64,000 nt of DNA from an uncultured Thermoplasmata archaeon (GTDB lineage: Archaea; Thermoplasmatota; Thermoplasmata; RBG-16-68-12), in assembly GCA_963768855.1 (NCBI GenBank), contig CAVYJM010000011.1:320001-384000 (forward strand), written 5' to 3'. Shown one piece after another: positions 18,946-27,420 of the stretch (position 1 is its first letter; each line of letters begins with the position of its first letter). The notes below the pieces were generated by a model, which made no database searches, was not told where the DNA came from, and worked only from the letters and a program-made list of their open reading frames with translations. Position numbers and translations under genes: made by a program.

Positions 18946-20223
18946 TCAGTCCAGGCTCGCCTTGTCGAACATCCGCGCATCCTCGCCGAGGGGCTTCGTC
19001 GCGTCGATCCCGACCTTCGAGGTGAACCCGTCCTTCGCGCTCGGATCGATTGAGGAGCCGCGCACCCCATGGAGGACGACGAGCCCGCGGTCCGCTTGGA
19101 ACCGCGTGGCCACGGCCCACTCCACGTCCCGGTCGTCGTACACGTCGATGTCCTCGTCGACGACCGTGACCTGCTTCATCGAGGTGTGCGCGCCGAACGC
19201 TGCCATGATCGCATTCTTCGCGTCGCCCTGATGCTGCTTCCGGATCGACACGATCCCGTGGAGCCAGGCGCACCCGCCTTCCGTGAGCCGCACGGCCTTC
19301 ACGTGGGGCACGGCGCGGGAGACGGCCTGGTAGATCGCGGGTTCGCGAGGCATCCCCATGAACAGGAAGTGCTCGTCGAGTCCGCCGACGATGATGTGGA
19401 AGATGGGCTGGTCGACGTGGTAGATGCGGTCCACGACGAGGACGGGTTCCTTGCGGACGATGTCATAGGTCCGCACCGCATCGACGAAGGGCCCTTCGTC
19501 CGCGGTCTCCTTCGTGAGCCGCCCCTCCAGCACGTACTCCGCGTCCGCCGGGACCGTGAGGCCGCTCTGGATCTGGACCATGTCCACGGGTTTCTTCAGG
19601 GATGCCTGCGTCAGGGCGGAGGCGATTCGGCTCTCATCGACGCCGTATTCGACGGACGTTCCGCCGCCGATGAGGAGCGCGGGGTCCAGGCCGACGCAGA
19701 CCGCGACCTTGAGCTCCTCCCCCGCTTTGATCGCCTCGTTGTACATGTGCCGCAGGTGGCGGGGCACGATCCGGCAGGCGCCCCGTCGCTCGTCCAGGAT
19801 CTGGATCCGGTGGAAGGAGAGGTTCCGCGCGCCCTGCCATTCCGCGACCCAGACGCCCGCAGTGATGTACCGGCCCGCGTCCTTCGGGTAGAGCTTGGGT
19901 ACGGGAGAGTCGAGGAGGTCGACGTCCGTGGACGCGTTCTTCTGGAAGGGTGCTCGGTCCACGAGCCGCGTGTCCTTCGGGTGGGACTGCGCCTCGAGGA
20001 GCTGGGCGAGCAGGTCTCCCTTCGTGACGCCCAGGGCGGCCGCCACGCGATCGCGGGTCGACCAGATGTTCCCGGCGGCCTCGAAGCCGTCGAGGTCCGT
20101 GAAGGCGACGGGGACGTTCGGGTGGGCGAGCAGGTGGCGCGTGACCTCGATCTCGCGGCTCACCTTCTCCTTGATCGTGATCGTCTCGTCGGCGAAGCGC
20201 TCGAGCCAGGGGCGCACGGCCAT
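18946..20223 (-). CDS. UbiD-family prFMN-dependent decarboxylase (possibly anhydromevalonate-phosphate decarboxylase)
   Basis: DAGRYITAG, NLSFHR, EGPFVD, VVDEDIDV, WAVATRFQAD, SSIDPS, K.GIDAT. The AMPD role is inference. Confidence 0.88.
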   Translation of the reverse strand: MAVRPWLERFADETITIKEKVSREIEVTRHLLAHPNVPVAFTDLDGFEAAGNIWSTRDRVAAALGVTKGDLLAQLLEAQSHPKDTRLVDRAPFQKNASTDVDLLDSPVPKLYPKDAGRYITAGVWVAEWQGARNLSFHRIQILDERRGACRIVPRHLRHMYNEAIKAGEELKVAVCVGLDPALLIGGGTSVEYGVDESRIASALTQASLKKPVDMVQIQSGLTVPADAEYVLEGRLTKETADEGPFVDAVRTYDIVRKEPVLVVDRIYHVDQPIFHIIVGGLDEHFLFMGMPREPAIYQAVSRAVPHVKAVRLTEGGCAWLHGIVSIRKQHQGDAKNAIMAAFGAHTSMKQVTVVDEDIDVYDDRDVEWAVATRFQADRGLVVLHGVRGSSIDPSAKDGFTSKVGIDATKPLGEDARMFDKASLD

Positions 20224-20354
20224 GGGAATCCCGGGCCGCGGTATGCCGGGGACGCGTTAGAAAGCTTTGCGAGCTCCCAGGGCGGAACGACGTGGACGGG
20301 CGGGTCGGACGCGTCTGGGTACCAGGTGGGCCGGCGGCTTGTCTGCGGAGGTCC

Positions 20355-21302
20355 TCAGGGCGGCCAGAGCGGCGGCGGGCTGCGGTCAGGCGGCTCCGCG
20401 GACGGAGGCTCCCGCGGGCCCCGGGGCGGGCGTCGCATGAGGAAGTAGCCCGCCCCCGCCATCGCCGCGACGGCCGCGCCGCCCAGGCCGACGGCGAGGG
20501 GCCCCACGTCGAAAGCCGATCCCCCGTTTCCGGGACCGGGTTGGGACGATTCCCCCGGTCCGAGGACCGTCATCGTGACGTTCAGTTCGCGGTTCGGAGA
20601 TCCGGGCTCGACGGGCGTCACGTTGTTCACGGCGATGCGCAAGGTGTGGTTCCCTGCCTGAACGGCCCTGAACGCGGGAAAGGAGACCGTCGCCCCGGCC
20701 GAGGCCGGGAGGGGTCCGACCAGCGCCTGATTCCCGAGGAACGAGACGCTGCCATCGGGCCGCACATCATAGGCGAGGATCGAGGCCGTGGCCGCGGATG
20801 CGGTCCCCCGGTTCAGGAGGTCGACCGTCAGGTGGACCGAATCGTTGACGTGCGGCTCCGCGGGGGAGACCCCTGCACGGATGGGGAGGACCTCCGGAGC
20901 GGGGATCGGGGGTGGCGGCGCGGAGCCGACGTGGATCCCGATAGACGCGGTCGCGGTCAGGTTGCGCGCGTCGGCGACGAGGACGGAGGCCGTTACGTTG
21001 GCCGCTTTCGTGAACGCATGAGCCGCAAGGGGCGAACTCTGCCATCCCGTCCCCGCCCCGTCTCCGAAGTCAAATCGGTACGCGACAATCCGCCCTTTGC
21101 CCTGATCGTGTCCCAGGCTCGCGGAGGCGTTGAAGTGCACGACCTGGCCGATGGCCGGGTAGGTGTCGTCGACGCGAAGGGCGGCGATGGGCCCCTCCGG
21201 GATCGCGCTCGCTACCGCGAGAAGACTGAACGCGACCGCCCACACGGCCAGAGCGATCCCCGCACGTCGGCGGAGGGCTACGTACGTCCTCCGGGAACCC
21301 AC
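20355..21302 (-). CDS. Surface protein with PKD and CARDB domains and C-terminal TM
   Basis: Signal peptide; VHFNASAS...YRFDFGDG (PKD); V.L.NRGT.A and GNHTLRIAV (CARDB); TM and Pro-rich tail. Confidence 0.8.
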   Translation of the reverse strand: MGSRRTYVALRRRAGIALAVWAVAFSLLAVASAIPEGPIAALRVDDTYPAIGQVVHFNASASLGHDQGKGRIVAYRFDFGDGAGTGWQSSPLAAHAFTKAANVTASVLVADARNLTATASIGIHVGSAPPPPIPAPEVLPIRAGVSPAEPHVNDSVHLTVDLLNRGTASAATASILAYDVRPDGSVSFLGNQALVGPLPASAGATVSFPAFRAVQAGNHTLRIAVNNVTPVEPGSPNRELNVTMTVLGPGESSQPGPGNGGSAFDVGPLAVGLGGAAVAAMAGAGYFLMRRPPRGPREPPSAEPPDRSPPPLWPP

Positions 21303-21383
21303 GTTCCGGGAGGCCCGGTGGCTCGCTTAAAGTTTCCCAGGTTCCGCCAGAAGTCTAAATAGCCGCACCCGGTTCGGACCGCC

Positions 21384-23057
21384 GTGCCCGCGCAGTCCGC
21401 GCGCAAGTACGCGCTCCAGAACGCCGTCCTCCATGGCGGCCAGGCCGAGGCGAAGGCCGTCCTGGGCAAGCTCCTCGCGGAGGACCCGGCCCTGCGCCCC
21501 CGGGCGAAAGAGGTGTCCGGCGAGGTCGAGCGCGTCGTGGCCGAGGTCAACGCCCTCTCGGCCGAGGCCCAGAAGGACGCGCTCGCCCAGCTCGCCCCCG
21601 AGCTCCTCGAGAAACCGAAGGGCGAGACGGGCCCGAAGGAGCTCCCGGCCCTCCCGGGCGCGGTCGATGGCGCGGTGGTCGGACGCCTCGCGCCCTATCC
21701 GAGCGGCCCGCTCCACATCGGCAACGCGCGGGCCTTCGTCCTGAACGACGCCTACGTGAAGCGGTACCACGGGAAGCTCATCCTCGCGTTCGACGACACG
21801 ATCGGCTCGGAGGAGAAGCCCGTCCTGCCGGAGGCGTACGACCAGGTCAAGGCCGGCCTCGACTGGGCCGGGGTCACGTATCACGAGATCCTGTACAAGA
21901 GCGACCGCATCCCGATCCATTACGAATGGGCGCAGAAACTCCTGGAACTGGACGCCGCGTACGCCTGCACGTGCGACGCGGACACCCTCCGGAGGAACCG
22001 GGAGGCCGGCCGGGCGTGCGAGCACCGCGGCCAGGACGCGGACGAGACGATTGCGATCTGGAAGGCAATGCTCGACGGGGAGTATGAGGAGGGCCAGGCC
22101 GTCCTGCGGCTCAAGACGGACATGCAGGACCCGAACCCCGCGTTCCGCGACCGCGTCCTCTTCCGCGTGTCCCACCGGGAGCATCCCCGCGTGGGCACGC
22201 GGTACCACGTCTGGCCCATGCTCGAGTTCTCCTGGGCGGTGGACGACCACCTCCTCGGCGTGACCCACGTGATCCGCGGGAAGGACCTCGTCATCGAGGA
22301 CCAGATGGAGACGCGGCTCTGGGACCTCCTCGGGATCGAGCGCCGGCCCGCGTTCGTCCACTTCGGCATCCTCCGGTTCAAGGACCTCGAACTCTCGAAG
22401 TCCCGCTACCGGCGCGAGATCGCAGAGGGCCGGCTCACCGGAATCGACGACCCGCGGACCTGGTCCCTCCAGTCCCTCGCGCGCCGAGGCATCCGGCCCG
22501 CAGCCCTCCGGGAGTTCGTCCTGGACTTCGGCCTGAGCCTATCGGACATCGAGGTCGCCGCGGAGACGCTCTACGCCGCGAACCGGAAGCTCGTGGACGC
22601 GGACGCGAACCGCTACTTCTTCGTGCCCGAGCCGGTAGCCGTGGACCTGCACGGCCTGCCGCCGACCGAGACGGTCCACGCGCCGCTCCATCCGGACTTC
22701 CCGGGTCGCGGGAAGCGGGCGATCCCCGTCGGACCGAAGGTCCACGTGGCGAAGGAGGACTTCGACCGACTCCGCGGGCAGGAGGTCCGCCTCAAGGACT
22801 TCTGCAACGTGGTCCTGGACCACCGCGCGACCTTCGTCTCCATGGAGAACAAGGACATCCCGAAGATCCAGTGGGTCTCCCACGGAGGCGTGCAGACCCA
22901 CGTCGTCATGCCGACTGGTTTCGAGTCGCGCGGCCTCGCGGAGCCCGCGGTGGCCTCCCTCAAGGTCGAGGACGTGATCCAGTTCGAGCGGGTCGGGTTC
23001 GCCCGGATCGACCACGTGAGCCACGCCGAGGTGCGGGCGTACTTCGCCCACCGCTGA
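21384..23057 (+). CDS. gltX: Glutamate--tRNA ligase (archaeal type)
   Basis: APYPSGPLHIGNAR (HIGH), FDDT, THVIRGKD, LSKS, QFERVGFARID. Confidence 0.97.
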   Translation: MPAQSARKYALQNAVLHGGQAEAKAVLGKLLAEDPALRPRAKEVSGEVERVVAEVNALSAEAQKDALAQLAPELLEKPKGETGPKELPALPGAVDGAVVGRLAPYPSGPLHIGNARAFVLNDAYVKRYHGKLILAFDDTIGSEEKPVLPEAYDQVKAGLDWAGVTYHEILYKSDRIPIHYEWAQKLLELDAAYACTCDADTLRRNREAGRACEHRGQDADETIAIWKAMLDGEYEEGQAVLRLKTDMQDPNPAFRDRVLFRVSHREHPRVGTRYHVWPMLEFSWAVDDHLLGVTHVIRGKDLVIEDQMETRLWDLLGIERRPAFVHFGILRFKDLELSKSRYRREIAEGRLTGIDDPRTWSLQSLARRGIRPAALREFVLDFGLSLSDIEVAAETLYAANRKLVDADANRYFFVPEPVAVDLHGLPPTETVHAPLHPDFPGRGKRAIPVGPKVHVAKEDFDRLRGQEVRLKDFCNVVLDHRATFVSMENKDIPKIQWVSHGGVQTHVVMPTGFESRGLAEPAVASLKVEDVIQFERVGFARIDHVSHAEVRAYFAHR

Positions 23058-23147
23058 ACGCCGCCATGCCCAGTTGGGCGTACGGTCCGTCCCGGGACGC
23101 CGGGGTCTGCGGTCAACCTTTTCTACGTCATGGTTCTTCTGCCTGTC

Positions 23148-24308
23148 ATGGTCCGCTTCGCGAAGCGCGTTACCTCGATCGAGTCCTCCCCGACCGTCCG
23201 ACTCGGCAACCTCGTCACGGAGATGAAGGCCCGCGGCGAGAAGGTTCTCTCCCTGTCCGTGGGCGAGCCGGACTTTCCCACGCCGGCGCACATCGTCGAG
23301 GCGGGCAAGAAGGCCCTCGACGAGGGATTCACGAAGTACACCTCCTCCGTGGGCATCAAGGAGCTGCGGGAGGCGATCGCGGAGAAGTCCGTCCACGAGA
23401 ACGGGATCCCCGCGAAGCCCGAGAACGTGCTCGTCGCGCCGACGAAGCACACGCTGTTCATGGCGTGCCTGGCCCTCCTCGAGCCCGGTGACGAGGCAAT
23501 CATCCCAGACCCGGGCTGGGTCTCGTACGGGCCCATGGTGGTCCTCGCGGGCGCTAAGCCCGTCCCCGTGCGTGCCGCGGACGACGAAGGCTTCGTGCCC
23601 ACGCCCGAGGCCCTCGCGGAGCGCATCACCCCCCGGACGCGGATGCTCATGCTGAACTCCCCCTCAAACCCCGCCGGATCCGTGTACCCGCGGGCGACCA
23701 TGAAAGGGATCGCGGACCTCGCGAAGGATCACGACCTCGTCGTCGTGAGCGACGAGATCTACGAGAAGATCCTCTACGAGGGCGAGCACGTGTCGCCCGC
23801 CTCGCTCGACGGGATGTTCGACCGCACGGTCACGGTGAACGGCTTCTCCAAGACGTACTCCATGACGGGATGGCGGCTCGGTTGGCTCGTGGCCCCCGCG
23901 CCGATTCTCAAGGAGGTCTCGAAAATTCAGGAGCACACGATCACCTGTGCCACCGCGTTCGCGCAGAAAGCGGGGGTCGTGGCGTTGCGAGGCCCGACCG
24001 AGCCGCTCCAGAAGATGGTCGCGGAGTTCCGCGCGCGGCGGGATCTCATCTGCGCGGAGCTCGCGAAGATCGACCGAGTCGCCTGCTTCCGCCCCTCCGG
24101 GGCGTTCTACGTCTTCCCGAAGTTCGAGGTGCCGATCGACGACGTCGCGCTGGGAGAGAAACTGTTGAAAGAGGCCCAGGTCGCGATCACGCCCGGCAGC
24201 TCGTTCGGCGCCGCGGGCGCGGACCACCAGCGTCTCTCCTACGCGGCCTCGCGCGAGACGATCACGCAGGCCGTCGCCCGCATCGCCCAGGTCGTGTCGA
24301 AGCTCTAG
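23148..24308 (+). CDS. PLP-dependent class I/II (aspartate-type) aminotransferase
   Basis: SLSVGEPDF, NSPSNPAG, SDEIYE, NGFSKTYSMTGWRLG (PLP Lys). Start 23148 or 23130. Confidence 0.95.
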   Translation: MVRFAKRVTSIESSPTVRLGNLVTEMKARGEKVLSLSVGEPDFPTPAHIVEAGKKALDEGFTKYTSSVGIKELREAIAEKSVHENGIPAKPENVLVAPTKHTLFMACLALLEPGDEAIIPDPGWVSYGPMVVLAGAKPVPVRAADDEGFVPTPEALAERITPRTRMLMLNSPSNPAGSVYPRATMKGIADLAKDHDLVVVSDEIYEKILYEGEHVSPASLDGMFDRTVTVNGFSKTYSMTGWRLGWLVAPAPILKEVSKIQEHTITCATAFAQKAGVVALRGPTEPLQKMVAEFRARRDLICAELAKIDRVACFRPSGAFYVFPKFEVPIDDVALGEKLLKEAQVAITPGSSFGAAGADHQRLSYAASRETITQAVARIAQVVSKL

Positions 24309-24314
24309 CGGGCC

Positions 24315-24974
24315 TCACTTCGCGCCGCGCGACCGAAGCCACTCCGCGGTCTCGGGATGCTTGTACTCGAGCGCGATGGATACCGCGGTCTTCCCCTGTT
24401 CCGTCTCCGCGGTCAGGTCGCCCCCGTGCGCGACGAGCATCTCGAGGATCGGGACGGAGCCGCCCATGGCGGCCTCGAGGACCGGCGTCAGGCCTCCCTC
24501 GTACCAGTAGTTCGGATCCGCGCCCGCGTCCAGGAGCCGCCGCACGACCTCGCGGTGGCCCGAGGAGACCGCGCCCGTCAGGGCGGTGAACCTCCCGCGG
24601 TTCTTCGCCACCTGATTCACGTCCGCGCCCTTCGCGAGCAGGTACTCGACGATCGCGTCGTGCCCCATGTACGTCGCCAGGCCGAGCGGCGGGAAGTCGT
24701 CCGCCGAGTAGGCGCCCACGGACGCCGGGTCCGCCTCGACAAGCTGCTTCACCCGCGGCAGGTCGCCCACGGTCGCCGCGGCATGGAGGTCCAGGACCGG
24801 CCTCCGGGCCAGGATGGCCTTCGACACGTCGCCGTGGCCGTAGTACAGCGCCAAGACGACCGCATGGACGCCCGCCGGCGTCCGCGCGTCCTTGAGCGCC
24901 GGGTCCGCGCTCAGCATGGCTTCAACCCGGCCCGCGTCGCCCGCCTGGACTGCATTCAAGAATTCCTCGGACAT
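24315..24974 (-). CDS. Ankyrin repeat protein
   Basis: Repeated ankyrin motifs: PPLGLA..GH..IVEYLLAKGADVN, TALTGA..GH..VV..LL.AGADPN, TPVLEAA. Confidence 0.9.
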   Translation of the reverse strand: MSEEFLNAVQAGDAGRVEAMLSADPALKDARTPAGVHAVVLALYYGHGDVSKAILARRPVLDLHAAATVGDLPRVKQLVEADPASVGAYSADDFPPLGLATYMGHDAIVEYLLAKGADVNQVAKNRGRFTALTGAVSSGHREVVRRLLDAGADPNYWYEGGLTPVLEAAMGGSVPILEMLVAHGGDLTAETEQGKTAVSIALEYKHPETAEWLRSRGAK

Positions 24975-25076
24975 GGATCCGGCCGTACTCGGCGCGTCCG
25001 CTATAACGGTTTTGGGAAATCCGAAAAGTGGAGAAAGGAAAAGGGAAGGGGTAGGCCCCTTGCGGGGCCTACGTGC

Positions 25077-27296
25077 TCATTGCACGACCTGGGTCTCGCC
25101 GCACGACGGGCACATGACCTCGATCGGCCGCTTGCTCGTCGTGATCTCGATCGACGCGCCGCAGTGCTTGCAGGCGACGGACATCGGTCCGGAGACCTGC
25201 TGGCTCGGCCCGCTCGGGGGCGGGGGCGGCGGCGTGCTCGGCTTGCCCGTCTCGGGGCCCGCGGGCGTCCGTCCCATGCCGGTCCTCCGCCAGAGGAGGA
25301 TGACCACCAGGAGGAGCACCACGAACAGCAGCGTGATCAGAATGTCGAACAGGGGCACGCCACCGATGTCCGCGACGAGCGGGTTGACGGGGCCCACATG
25401 CACGATCAAGAGCTCGGCCGCTCCCGTGTTCAGCTCGAAGACCTGCAGGAGGACGTTCCCGGTCGGGGAGTTCGCGGGGATGACCAGGCTCAGGGTCCCC
25501 GTCGGGCTCGAGGTCGTCACGAACTGGGTCGCGGTGCCGTACAGGGACACGCTGAACTCGTACTGCGACGGGAGGGCCGAGAGTCCGCGACCCGTGACCG
25601 TGTACGAGATCGTCATCGTGTCTCCCGGGACGTAGTTCGACCGGTCCAGGGTGAGGGTCAGGAAGTACCCGGAGGCCTGGTCCGCCGTCACCTGGGCTTG
25701 GAGGCGCATCCCACCCTGGCTCGCGACCACGGTGAACGTGTAGTACTGGGCCGCGGGGGTCGGGATCGTGTAGGTCGCGCTCCCGCCCGAGGTGGGGCCG
25801 GACTGGACCGTGGTGCCCGTCGAGTCGACGATCTGCAGGAGGTAGGTCGGGCTCGTCATCACGTTCGACGACAGGCTGTAGGTCGCCGTGATCGCGTCGC
25901 CGGCGTTGTACTCGAGCTCGTTCAGGTTCAGGCTGAGGTACCCATAGGCGACGTTCGTGTGCGCGTTTCCGAACACGAGCGTCCCGTTGCCGTCGTTGAC
26001 CTCGACCTGGATGATCAGATAGGCCGGCAAGGCAATCTGGTAGTCCGAGGGGATCGTGTACGCGTAGTCCGCCGTGCCGCCGAACTGGGTCGCGAGGATG
26101 AGGCCCGTTCCCGACTCCGAGACGATCCAGGAGTAGGTCAGCGGGAGGCTCTCCGTGGTCACGACGGTCGCCGTGGCATGGATCGTGTCGCCGCTCCGGT
26201 ATTGGAGCTTGTCCAAGGTGACGGACACGGTCAGGACGGAGGCCGGCGCGACGCTGAATCCCGCCACCTCCGTCGCGGACTGCACGCCGTGGGACGTCCC
26301 GGTCGCGGAGAGCTCGTAGTCTGCCGTGGTCGGCGCCGCGGCGAGCACAAAGGAGTACGTCAGGACGCCGGTCCCGTCGGTCGTCAGTCCCGTGGACCCG
26401 TACGCGGGCACGAGGTTCCCCGTGCCCAGGTCCGTCACGTTGATCTGGACCGGGACGTTCGGCTCGAGGTAGCCCCCTGGGACGCCGGTGATCCTCGTCT
26501 GGATGGTCGCCGTCACGAGGTCCCCTGGGTTGTAAGGGGCCCCGGAGAGCCCGGTCACGGTGATCCCGAGGGTGCCGATCCGGAACGTGGCGAACACGTG
26601 GACGGCCCGGAGGGCCGCCGTGTCGTTGAACCAAAACTCGATCGTCCCCGTCTCGGGCACGGCCTGGGCCGTGCCGATCGTGAAGGCGTAGCTGCTCTGA
26701 GACGCCGTGATGTTGGCCTCGGCCGCGGACAGCAGGTTGGCCCCCGTGGAGTCATGGACTTGGATCGCCCCGACGCCCGGCGGCGCGGGGGTGTAGTTCT
26801 GCTCGTACACGATGACCCAGCTGACCGTCACGGTGTCGCCCGGCAGGTAGGCCCGCCGGTCCGTGTAGAGCGCATAGTTGTACTGTCGGATCGTGAAGCC
26901 GACCGGGCCAGCGTTTGTAGCGTCCGTGGTGTCCTGCGCAGTGACCCGGTACGTGGCCGCGTCGGGCCAGACCGTCGGGATCGTCCAGTTGACCTCGCGG
27001 ATGCCCGAGGCCGGCATGATGATGGCGGTGTTCGCGGTCGGGGTCCCGGAGATGTCCTGGATGGTCAGGGTGACGGAGTCTGTCGCCGTGGCGTAGACCG
27101 TGATGCTCATGATCTCGCCGGGGACGAACGTGTGCCCGCCCCAGTATTTGCTGTTCGCTACCGTGAGTCCCGGCGGCGTGAAGGCCGCACGGCCCGTTGG
27201 AAAGGCGACGAGGCCGACGGTGGCCACCATCGCGATTGCAAGCGAGACCGCCAGCAGCCGCACGAGGTTCCGGCTCCGCAGAGTTTGTAGTGCCAT
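25077..27296 (-). CDS. Large surface protein: about 6 MG2/Ig-like repeats + TM + cytoplasmic zinc ribbon
   Basis: Signal peptide; recurring D..Y.[PAS]GD.[VIM] motif; TM, Pro-rich linker, CKHC...CPSC. Confidence 0.85.
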   Translation of the reverse strand: MALQTLRSRNLVRLLAVSLAIAMVATVGLVAFPTGRAAFTPPGLTVANSKYWGGHTFVPGEIMSITVYATATDSVTLTIQDISGTPTANTAIIMPASGIREVNWTIPTVWPDAATYRVTAQDTTDATNAGPVGFTIRQYNYALYTDRRAYLPGDTVTVSWVIVYEQNYTPAPPGVGAIQVHDSTGANLLSAAEANITASQSSYAFTIGTAQAVPETGTIEFWFNDTAALRAVHVFATFRIGTLGITVTGLSGAPYNPGDLVTATIQTRITGVPGGYLEPNVPVQINVTDLGTGNLVPAYGSTGLTTDGTGVLTYSFVLAAAPTTADYELSATGTSHGVQSATEVAGFSVAPASVLTVSVTLDKLQYRSGDTIHATATVVTTESLPLTYSWIVSESGTGLILATQFGGTADYAYTIPSDYQIALPAYLIIQVEVNDGNGTLVFGNAHTNVAYGYLSLNLNELEYNAGDAITATYSLSSNVMTSPTYLLQIVDSTGTTVQSGPTSGGSATYTIPTPAAQYYTFTVVASQGGMRLQAQVTADQASGYFLTLTLDRSNYVPGDTMTISYTVTGRGLSALPSQYEFSVSLYGTATQFVTTSSPTGTLSLVIPANSPTGNVLLQVFELNTGAAELLIVHVGPVNPLVADIGGVPLFDILITLLFVVLLLVVILLWRRTGMGRTPAGPETGKPSTPPPPPPSGPSQQVSGPMSVACKHCGASIEITTSKRPIEVMCPSCGETQVVQ

Positions 27297-27420
27297 CTGA
27301 ACCCATCCCGTGTTAGCGCCGCGGGGGTGCTCCCCGCGGTCGGGCCGCGATGGTGTCTGACATACTTAATGATTTTGTCCGGTCCGCGTCCGACGGAAGG
27401 GCCTCCATCCGGGCGGCGCG

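Noticed and set aside
24315-24974. Ankyrin protein as a eukaryotic signature
   Set aside because: Small ankyrin proteins of this type are common in soil and sediment prokaryotes.
24357-27290. 977-aa + strand ORF, and similar long ORFs (10486..12171, 49316..51589, 54344..57223, 61782..63893)
   Set aside because: These are antisense or off-frame shadows of well-supported genes. High GC suppresses stop codons, and the products are Arg/Gly/His-rich with no motifs.
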